This document shows positions 8,034 through 15,146 of a stretch of DNA of 17,801 nucleotides, piece by piece. Both the position numbers and the translations under genes were made by a program. The DNA is taken from contig JAYGFR010000045.1 of the NCBI GenBank assembly GCA_046581755.1, positions 1 to 17,801 on the forward strand, given 5' to 3'. The notes under the pieces are model-generated. The model ran no database searches. It saw only the letters and a program-made list of their open reading frames with translations, and was not told the origin of the DNA. Each line of letters begins with the position of its first letter. The stretch's first letter is position 1. Origin of the DNA: Nitrospinota bacterium (lineage in GTDB: Bacteria > UBA8248).

Positions 8034-9649
8034 AGCGGGCCCGTGGCTACGATCCGGTTCTCCTCGAAGTCTTCCGCAACCTTTTTTTCGCGGCCTCGGA
8101 GGAGATGGGCGTCGCGCTCTGCCTGTCATCGTTTTCGCCCAACATCAAGGAACGGCGGGATTATTCCTGCGCCATCTTCGACAGGGAAGGAAAAATGGCC
8201 GCCCAGGCGGCTCACCTGCCCGCCCATCTGGGCTCGATGCCCATGTCGGTCGAGTACGTCATCGACACCATGGAGCTGGCCCCGGGCGATGTGGTGGTGT
8301 TGAACGATCCTTTTCGCGGCGGAAACCATCTGCCCGACATCACGATGATCTCGCCGGTTTACGCAAAGGGCGCGCGGGGAAAGAGCCGCCTCGTCTATTA
8401 CGTGGCCAACCGCGCCCACCATTCCGACGTGGGCGGCATTGCGCCCGGTTCGATGAGCATCACGACCGAGATTTTTCAGGACGGCGTCGTGATTCCCCCC
8501 GTGCGGCTCGTGCGGGAGGGGAAGATGGACGGGGATGTCCTCTCTCTGATTCTCGCCAACGTGCGCACCCCCGAGGAGCGGGAGGGGGATCTCGCCGCCC
8601 AGATAGCGGCCAACCGGGTGGGGGAGCGGCGGCTGCTCGAAATCACCGGGCGCCACGGCCTCTCGATGACCCTCCGCTACACCCGGGAGCTTCAGGCCTA
8701 TGCCGAACGGTTGACCCGCGCCGCCATCCGGAGCATCCCGGACGGCGCCTACCGCTTCGAGGACGCGATGGAGGACGACGGCTTCGGGAGCGGGCCCGTG
8801 CCAATCCGGGTCATGGTGACGGTCAAGGGAGATCGCCTGCGGGTGGATTTCACCGGCTCGGCGCCCCAGACGCGCGGCAGCGTAAACGCCGTGGAGAGCA
8901 TCGCCCGGACCGCCGCCTACTACGCGGTCCGGTGCCTGGTGCCCTACGACATTCCGAACAACTCGGGGTGTATGGACCCGATCGAGGTGATCGCGCCCGA
9001 GGGCACCGTGGTGAACAGCCGCTTTCCGGCGGCGGTGGCGGGTGGAAACGTCGAGACCAGCCAGCGCATGGTGGACGTGATCCTGGGGGCGCTGGCCAAG
9101 GCGTGTCCCGGGCTGGTCCCGGCGGCATCGTGCGGCACGATGAACAATCTCTCCATCGGCGGAATCGACCCCCGGCCTGGAGTGAGGCAGGGCAGGCCCT
9201 TCGCTTACTACGAGACGACCGGGGGCAGGATGGGGGGCGGCCCGGCGGGCCCCGGCGAGGACGCCATCCACACCCACCTGACGAATACGATGAACACCCC
9301 CATCGAGGCGCTCGAGCACGCCTATCCCTTCCGGGTGCGGCGCTACGGGGTGCGGCGCGGCAGCGGTGGCCGGGGCCAGCACCGTGGAGGGGACGGCATC
9401 ATCCGCGATATCGAACTGAGGACGGACGCAACGGTCTCGTTCATGACCGAGCGGAGGGAGATGGCCCCCTATCCGCTCGCGGGCGGGATGCCGGGGAAGA
9501 AGGGGCGGAATTCGATCCTCAGCGGTAAAAAAAGAATTCCCGTGTCCGGCAAGGCGCGCCTCGAAGTCCGGGCGGGAGATGTGATCTCACTCGAGACGCC
9601 GGGCGGCGGCGGATGGGGGAAGCGCCCCGCGAGGCGGAGGAAGAACTGA
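8030..9649 (+). CDS. Hydantoinase B/oxoprolinase-family metal-binding subunit (HyuB-like)
   Basis: SPNIKERRDYSCAIFD, HLPAHLGSM, NDPFRGGNHLPD, HHSDVGG, NVRTP, GNVETSQR, NTPIEALE and ETPGGGGWG. ATGA overlap with the A subunit. Confidence 0.93.
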   Translation: MKRARGYDPVLLEVFRNLFFAASEEMGVALCLSSFSPNIKERRDYSCAIFDREGKMAAQAAHLPAHLGSMPMSVEYVIDTMELAPGDVVVLNDPFRGGNHLPDITMISPVYAKGARGKSRLVYYVANRAHHSDVGGIAPGSMSITTEIFQDGVVIPPVRLVREGKMDGDVLSLILANVRTPEEREGDLAAQIAANRVGERRLLEITGRHGLSMTLRYTRELQAYAERLTRAAIRSIPDGAYRFEDAMEDDGFGSGPVPIRVMVTVKGDRLRVDFTGSAPQTRGSVNAVESIARTAAYYAVRCLVPYDIPNNSGCMDPIEVIAPEGTVVNSRFPAAVAGGNVETSQRMVDVILGALAKACPGLVPAASCGTMNNLSIGGIDPRPGVRQGRPFAYYETTGGRMGGGPAGPGEDAIHTHLTNTMNTPIEALEHAYPFRVRRYGVRRGSGGRGQHRGGDGIIRDIELRTDATVSFMTERREMAPYPLAGGMPGKKGRNSILSGKKRIPVSGKARLEVRAGDVISLETPGGGGWGKRPARRRKN

Positions 9650-9716
9650 TCGTACGCCGGGAAGGCGGGGCGGTTGAAGCCCGAAAATCCGCTCCCCACA
9701 ACGCGCCGGATCCATG

Positions 9717-9722
9717 TATAAT
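9717..9722 (+). promoter_or_regulatory. Candidate -10 element (TATAAT) driving a leader upstream of the class IV aminotransferase
   Basis: Perfect TATAAT in an AT-rich patch (9715-9739) of an otherwise GC-rich sequence. No clear -35 element. Confidence 0.45.
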
Positions 9723-9755
9723 AGAATGGTATTTAGAAAGGGAGCGAATGGACGG

Positions 9756-9800
9756 TGCGGCTGATCCCGTATGATTCGGGTTCGGCCGCATTTTGTTGTT
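9756..9800 (+). terminator. Intrinsic terminator-like hairpin (possible attenuator)
   Basis: Stem TGCGGCTGA-T-CCCG / CGGG-T-TCGGCCGCA (13 bp including one G-U pair, plus one mismatch), loop TATGATT, immediately followed by TTTTGTTGTT. Confidence 0.6.
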
Positions 9801-9830
9801 GTGAACCCTTTGGTTGTTGTGAATCCTTTG
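9795..9830 (+). repeat. Tandem 18-bp direct repeat (2 copies)
   Basis: GTTGTTGTGAACCCTTTG (9795-9812) and GTTGTTGTGAATCCTTTG (9813-9830), one mismatch. Confidence 0.9.
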
Positions 9831-9843
9831 AGGCTGGCCGGCG

Positions 9844-10767
9844 ATGGCTGATGGATGCGTGCTTTACCTGAACGGCGAAATCATCGAAGAGAGCCAGGCG
9901 CGCATTTCTCCATTCGACCGGGGGTTTCTCTGGGGAGATGGGGTGTATGAGATCACGCCCTGCTTCGATGGCCGCCTTTACCGGCTCGAAGATCATATCG
10001 ATCGGCTCTACCGCTCGCTCCGGTACGTGCGCATCGAACCGGGGATGACGCCCGGGGAGATGGAGCGGGCGACGCTCGACACCCACAGGGCAAACGAAGG
10101 CCGCCTGGAAGAGGGGGCCATGTACCGCGTCGGCCACTGGGTGACGCGGGGGGTGGACGATTTATCCATGGCGGCGGGCGCAGCGCCGAAGGCGACGGTT
10201 CTGATTTTCTGGCGGCTGGCCGACAGGGAGAAAGTCGCCCAAAACGCGCGCGAGGGCATCCGCCTCGCGGTGACGGCCACCCGGCGGACGCCGCCCGAAT
10301 GCGTCGAGCCCCGCGCCAAGGTCACGAGCAAGATGAACCAGATTCTCGCCGAACTCGACGCGGCGGCGAGCGGATCGCTCTCGCTCATGCTGGATATTCA
10401 CGGAAACGTCGCCGAAAACTCGGTGGCGAATTTTTTCATCGTCCGGGATGGCGTCCTCTGGACGCCCCCCGGGCGGAACATCCTCGAGGGGGTGACGCGC
10501 AAGTCCGTGTTCGAACTGGCCAGCCGGCTGGGCATTCCGGTCGAGGAGCGCAACTTCACGATGTACGATGTGGCACAGGCGGAAGAGTATTTTATTACCT
10601 CGAGCGCGATCTGCGCCATGCCGGTCAGGGAAGTGGACAGTTTCCGCCCCAAGGCAGGGTCGCCGGGTCCGGTTACGCGGCGGCTGATGGATGCCTTCAC
10701 CGAGGATACGGGCTACGATTTCCAATCGCAGCCGGCGGCCGGGGCGAAGGTCCGCCCGCAGGGTTAA
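9844..10767 (+). CDS. PLP-dependent class IV aminotransferase (BCAT/D-amino acid aminotransferase fold), specificity unclear
   Basis: YLNGE, ISPFDRGFLWGDGVYE, HIDRLYRS, VTRG, catalytic Lys in PRAKV, E...ANFF, ILEGVTR and AEEYFITSS. Confidence 0.92.
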   Translation: MADGCVLYLNGEIIEESQARISPFDRGFLWGDGVYEITPCFDGRLYRLEDHIDRLYRSLRYVRIEPGMTPGEMERATLDTHRANEGRLEEGAMYRVGHWVTRGVDDLSMAAGAAPKATVLIFWRLADREKVAQNAREGIRLAVTATRRTPPECVEPRAKVTSKMNQILAELDAAASGSLSLMLDIHGNVAENSVANFFIVRDGVLWTPPGRNILEGVTRKSVFELASRLGIPVEERNFTMYDVAQAEEYFITSSAICAMPVREVDSFRPKAGSPGPVTRRLMDAFTEDTGYDFQSQPAAGAKVRPQG

Positions 10768-10822
10768 ACAGGCTCCCGCGCGCCGTCCGGATCGGGCGCG
10801 GGACGATGGGAGAGAGGGAGCG

Positions 10823-11305
10823 ATGCCCCCCTATTACACGACGAAAGACAGCCTGGAGCGCATGAAAGAAAAGGTGGAGGGGATTCACCACCGCCTCAAA
10901 ACCGAAGTGGCCCAGGAGCTCGCCAAGGCGGCGGATTATGGAGACCGGAGCGAAAACGCCGAGTGGGATGCGGCCCTGGAACTCCAGTCCAACCTCAAGT
11001 ACGAGGCGATCCGGTTGATGGACAAAATTCAGGAGGCGGAACTCATCGAGGAATTGCCCATCGGCGGCGACCGCGTGACCATCGGTACCGAAGTGACCCT
11101 GCTCGATTTGGATAAGGATGAAGAGATCACCTACAAAATTCTCGGCGAGCAGGAGAGCGATTTCAAGAACGGAATCCTCTCCTTCCAGGCGCCCCTCATC
11201 CGCGGGCTTATGCAGAAAGAACCCGGCGATGAGGTGCTGGTGAAGCTTCCGGGCGGCACGCGGAATTTCGAAATCGTCGATGTGAAGAAAATCGATTTTT
11301 CCTGA
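10823..11305 (+). CDS. greA: Transcription elongation factor GreA/GreB family, 160 aa
   Basis: Acidic tip GDRSENAE, VTIGTEVTL, YKILGEQESD and GILSFQAPL..GDEV. Start reassigned to ATG 10823 behind a GAGAGGGAG RBS. Confidence 0.88.
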   Translation: MPPYYTTKDSLERMKEKVEGIHHRLKTEVAQELAKAADYGDRSENAEWDAALELQSNLKYEAIRLMDKIQEAELIEELPIGGDRVTIGTEVTLLDLDKDEEITYKILGEQESDFKNGILSFQAPLIRGLMQKEPGDEVLVKLPGGTRNFEIVDVKKIDFS

Positions 11306-11309
11306 GCAC

Positions 11310-12083
11310 ATGAAAAGGCCGGACCTCAGCGATCGTCTTCTTGCCTATCTCATCTTCGCGGCCGCCATCGTAATCGTTACCTGGTTCGCCCTCCTTCCGG
11401 ACCGTGCCCCGGCCTGGAAGCTGCCAGGAAGCCCGCGCCTTTACGTCATCGCCGTTGTGGGTTCGCTCCTCCTTTTGGTCTCGGTCCTGTTCGTGTTCGC
11501 CAAGCGGACCGGACGGTGGGGCTCCCCGGTGGGCTGGTTCACGGCCCATGTCGCGGCGGCCGCTGCGGGCAGCGTTCTCGTGGCGATCCATTCGGCGGGC
11601 TTTCTGCGTTACGTCCCGGCCCTCCTGCTGGTGGCCCTGCTGGGATTGGCCGCGCTCGGGGTCTGGGCGCGTATCCTGCTCTCCCGCCGGATATCGGCCA
11701 CCTTCGCCGAAAAGCACGAAAGCTTCGCGCCCGTCTCGGGTGCTGACCGGGAGCGCCTCGGGGCGATCATCCGGGAAAAAGAGGGCCTGCTCGAAAAACT
11801 CTCGCCGGGGGCGCGGGAAGGAACGTTTTCGCCGGCCCTGGGGCACTGGCTGGCGCGTCCGGGCCTGACGCGAGCCTATGCACGGCTCGTCCGGGAGGAA
11901 AGCGGCCTCCTGGGGACGCGGGGGATGGTCCCCGCCGCCCAGGCCTACTGGCGCCGGCTCCACATGGGACTGGCCGCGCTCTTCGTCCTGGGCCTCATCG
12001 GCCACATCGTCACGGTCACATTATTTGCCGGTTATGTCTCCGGGGGCGGAGTGGTATATTGGTGGCATCTCGCCGCGTGGTGA
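11310..12083 (+). CDS. Integral membrane protein, putative di-haem cytochrome b (ferric-reductase-like His pattern)
   Basis: About five hydrophobic segments. Two carry paired His 14 residues apart: WFTAH80...AIH94S and WRRLH218...IGH232I. A ~90-aa hydrophilic loop lies before the last helix. The gene sits directly upstream of the Fe-S/Mo enzyme. Confidence 0.7.
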   Translation: MKRPDLSDRLLAYLIFAAAIVIVTWFALLPDRAPAWKLPGSPRLYVIAVVGSLLLLVSVLFVFAKRTGRWGSPVGWFTAHVAAAAAGSVLVAIHSAGFLRYVPALLLVALLGLAALGVWARILLSRRISATFAEKHESFAPVSGADRERLGAIIREKEGLLEKLSPGAREGTFSPALGHWLARPGLTRAYARLVREESGLLGTRGMVPAAQAYWRRLHMGLAALFVLGLIGHIVTVTLFAGYVSGGGVVYWWHLAAW

Positions 12084-12124
12084 GTGGAACCGGCCCGGCA
12101 GCGCGCCGGGCAACGGAGGGCATC

Positions 12125-15097
12125 TTGGGCCAGCTATCCCTCATGATCGATCTGGAGCGCTGCTTCGGCTGCAAGAGCTGCGAGGCGGCCTGCAAGCAGG
12201 AGCACCGCCTCGGCCCGGGCGAGTACCGGAACAAGGTCGTCTGGCTGGGCGATGCCGATGAGGGCGGGCTCGATTTTCTCACGCTGACCTGCCAGCACTG
12301 CGAGCGTCCCGCCTGCCTCCGGGCGTGCCCGGTGAATCCCAAGGCTATCACCAAGGACCCCCTGACGGGGGTGGTCGAGGTCATCGAGGATCGGTGCACC
12401 GGCTGCGGGGAGTGTGTCATCGCCTGCCCCTACAGCGCGATGGGGTACGATCCGGCGGGACACCACGCCGTCAAGTGCGACCTCTGCCCGGACCGGCGCG
12501 CCGAGGGGCTGGAGCCTGCCTGCGCGAGCATCTGTCCGGGCCATGCCATTCAATTCGGGGAGCGGAGCAGCCTCCTCGATCGGGCCGCGCGCGAGGAGCG
12601 CACCGTTTGCGACCACGATCATTTTCTCCTGAAGCCCCAGACGATTTATCTCGAGCGCATCGGCGGCGGCGGAAACGCCGCGGGCGGAAATGGCGGCGGG
12701 GGCGGAAGTTCCGTCCATCCGCCCGCCGGGTTGGGACGGCGGCCCGCCTTCGCGGATGCACCCGGAGCCCAAAAAGTATTTGTGGAAAAGGGGCCCGCCT
12801 TTCCCTACGGCGAGGCCCGTGAAGATGCCACGCCGGATCGCGTCGAGGCGGGCGGATGCAACATCTGCTTCAATTGCTGCAGCGTGAAGTTTCATTTCCG
12901 GGGAAAGGAACTGGTGAAGATCACCGGCAACGAGGAGGACCCCGTCCTCAAGGGGAAGCTTTGCCCCAAGGCGCAGTTCACCCTCCAGATGTACCACAGC
13001 GAACACCGGCTCACCCGGCCCCTCAAGCGGGTTGGGAAACGGGGAGAGGGCCGCTTCGAGCCCATCGGCTGGGACCAGGCGCTGGACGAGATCGCAGATA
13101 AGCTTCGGGGCGTGCGCGAGAAATGGGGCGCGGAGGCCCTCGCCATGTTCGTTGGAACCCGGGCGGGCCTGATCACCAAAAGCGGCTACGCCCGCCTGTT
13201 CAGCCAGACGTGGGGAACACCCAACTTCGAGGGGACCGACCCCTTCTGCGCCTCGGGAAAATCCATCGCCTACGAACTCACCCAGGGTGCGGTCGGCAGC
13301 GGCAACAGCTACACCCCCGGCGACATGGGCAGCGCGGAGATGTACCTCTACATCGGGGACAATCAGGCCGAGACACGTCCGGTTTATTTCGGGATGATCA
13401 ACGACTGGCGAATCAAAAACCGCGCCCGGATGGTTGTCGTCGATCCCCGGCGCACCGTCACGGCCTCCAAGGCGGACACGTGGCTGCCCATCCGGCCGGG
13501 GACGGACATGGCCCTGGCGCTGGCCATGGCGGGCCATATTTTCGCGCGCAATTTGCACGATCAAAAATTCTGCGCGGAGTGGGTGCTGGGCTGGGAACTG
13601 TGGCGCGACTTTATCATCGAGAAGGGCTACACGCCCGAATGGGCGGAGCCGCTGACCGGCCTCCCGGCCGGGGATATCCGCGCGCTGGCCGAAGACGTCG
13701 CCCGCGCCGACGGGTGCGTCATCTTCGGGAGCCGGGGTCTGAACCAGCACACCAACGGTGCCCAGACGAACCGCGCCCTGATGTTCCTCGCCGCCATCAC
13801 GGGCAACTGGGGCCGGAAGGGCGGGACCTATTTCAACATGACGGCGGGGCCTCCCATCGCGCCGGACGCTCCCGGGGAGCGGAGGCCGAAGATCGCCAAG
13901 CCCCGCATTCGCCGGAGCCCTGCCGGCTGGATCGAGGCCATGCGGACGGGCGCCCCCTATCCCGTCCGGGCGCTGATCGCGTGCAACAATCCGATGGCGC
14001 AATGGCCGGGCCAAGACGATGCCCGCGAGGCTTTCGGGAGCCTCGACCTGTTGGTTCACATTGAATTATTCCAGAACGAAACATCGGCTTTCGCGGACTA
14101 CGTCCTTCCCGCCGCCGGGGGGATCGAAAAGGGCGAGGTCGGCCGGACGAACGACGACCGCCGCATCGTCTGGATCGATAAAATGATCGACCCGCCCGGG
14201 GAGGCCAAGCCGGACGGCTGGATCTGGATCGAGCTGGGCCGACGGCTCGGGTTCGGGGACGTGCTCAAGGAGGAGTACAAGGACCCACGCGTCTTCTGGG
14301 ATGAGATGTGTATCCAGAACGAGCAACTTCGGGGCGTCACCCAGAAGCGGCTGCACTCGGTCCCCTACCGCTGGGTGCGGTTTCCGGTGGCGAGCGAGGA
14401 TGCTCCCGAGCAGGAGACGCTCTATCTCGAGGGGACGACGGCGGTCGGCCAGCCCGAGGGACACCGTTTTCCCACCCCGAGCGGGAAGCTGGAATTCTGG
14501 ACCGAGGCGATGGAGGAGAAATTTAATGTCCTGGGCCTATCGGCTCTCCCCGAGTTTTACAGCGACCCCGAACAACTGGTCGATATGCCCTATGCCGAGC
14601 TGGCGCATGGCGATGACGAGTTGGGAGTGATCTCTCCGTTTCACAAAGCGGTGCCGACCGGGGCCTCGCCCTGCCGGATCGTTCCGGCCAGCGAAAACGG
14701 CCCGGGAGCGTCGGCCCGGGCCCGGGGCTTCGATACCGAACTCATCACCGGCCGCCCGCCCGCGCCCCATTTTCATAGCTGGACCCACTACTTCTGGCAG
14801 GCGCAGGAGATGTGGCCGGACCTGTTTTGCCAGATGCATCCCGAACGGGCGGAGCGCCTGGGGGTCGCGGACGGTGCCAGGGTGCGGGTGGAGACCCCGC
14901 GCGGAAGCATCGAGGCGGTCGCCTGGGTGAGCGCGGGCATCCGGCCGACGGCGGTGTTCATCCCCATCGGCTGGGGAGAAAAGCAGCCCTACCATCCCTG
15001 GCGCCCGGTCAACTTCCTGACCGACAAGAACCAGCGCGATCCGATCTCGGACCAGACCAATTTCAAGAGTCTGCTCTGCCGCGTATCGAAGGCGTGA
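12125..15097 (+). CDS. Fused 4x[4Fe-4S] ferredoxin (DmsB/PsrB-type) plus Mo/W-bisPGD oxidoreductase (DMSO reductase superfamily), ~990 aa
   Basis: N-terminal Cys groups CFGCKSCEAAC, CQHCERPACLRACP, CTGCGECVIACP and CDLC..PACASICP, then a Gly-rich linker. FS0 motif CNICFNCC..LCPK, RLTRPLKRVGKRGEGRFEPIGWDQALD, VVVDPRRT, PIRPGTDMAL, ETSAFADYVLPA and C-terminal LITGR..HFHS. Start chosen at TTG 12125 (GGAGG at 12115-12119); GTG 12080 is an alternative. Confidence 0.92.
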   Translation: MGQLSLMIDLERCFGCKSCEAACKQEHRLGPGEYRNKVVWLGDADEGGLDFLTLTCQHCERPACLRACPVNPKAITKDPLTGVVEVIEDRCTGCGECVIACPYSAMGYDPAGHHAVKCDLCPDRRAEGLEPACASICPGHAIQFGERSSLLDRAAREERTVCDHDHFLLKPQTIYLERIGGGGNAAGGNGGGGGSSVHPPAGLGRRPAFADAPGAQKVFVEKGPAFPYGEAREDATPDRVEAGGCNICFNCCSVKFHFRGKELVKITGNEEDPVLKGKLCPKAQFTLQMYHSEHRLTRPLKRVGKRGEGRFEPIGWDQALDEIADKLRGVREKWGAEALAMFVGTRAGLITKSGYARLFSQTWGTPNFEGTDPFCASGKSIAYELTQGAVGSGNSYTPGDMGSAEMYLYIGDNQAETRPVYFGMINDWRIKNRARMVVVDPRRTVTASKADTWLPIRPGTDMALALAMAGHIFARNLHDQKFCAEWVLGWELWRDFIIEKGYTPEWAEPLTGLPAGDIRALAEDVARADGCVIFGSRGLNQHTNGAQTNRALMFLAAITGNWGRKGGTYFNMTAGPPIAPDAPGERRPKIAKPRIRRSPAGWIEAMRTGAPYPVRALIACNNPMAQWPGQDDAREAFGSLDLLVHIELFQNETSAFADYVLPAAGGIEKGEVGRTNDDRRIVWIDKMIDPPGEAKPDGWIWIELGRRLGFGDVLKEEYKDPRVFWDEMCIQNEQLRGVTQKRLHSVPYRWVRFPVASEDAPEQETLYLEGTTAVGQPEGHRFPTPSGKLEFWTEAMEEKFNVLGLSALPEFYSDPEQLVDMPYAELAHGDDELGVISPFHKAVPTGASPCRIVPASENGPGASARARGFDTELITGRPPAPHFHSWTHYFWQAQEMWPDLFCQMHPERAERLGVADGARVRVETPRGSIEAVAWVSAGIRPTAVFIPIGWGEKQPYHPWRPVNFLTDKNQRDPISDQTNFKSLLCRVSKA

Positions 15098-15146
15098 GCG
15101 AAAAGCACCGGCCAGCGGATTTTTAATCCTATTTACCGGCAAACTT

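Noticed and set aside
9218..9241. GGRMGG in HyuB where a Gly-rich GGG.G motif is usual, as a sign of inactivation
   Set aside because: It is a single substitution in an otherwise intact ORF with the metal-binding motifs conserved, and cannot be interpreted without an alignment.
5691..9382. Long minus-strand ORFs of 812 aa and 418 aa opposite hyuA/hyuB
   Set aside because: Shadow frames rich in Arg/Pro/Gly/His, with no family signatures.
10774..10803. GC-rich hairpin between the class IV aminotransferase and greA as a terminator
   Set aside because: The stem is real (TCCCGCGC/GCGCGGGA) but has no U-tract. At most it is a stability or processing element.
12059..12124. Possible Tat signal (SRR..., ARR...) in the ORF-track N-terminal extension of the Mo enzyme
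   Set aside because: No RRxFLK-like consensus and no hydrophobic h-region. The segment lies upstream of the better-supported TTG start at 12125.
13241..13260. Selenocysteine at the Mo ligand position
   Set aside because: The codon is TGC (Cys) and the ORF has no in-frame TGA.
12134..14059. 641-aa minus-strand ORF opposite the molybdoenzyme
   Set aside because: Antisense shadow of a strongly supported gene.
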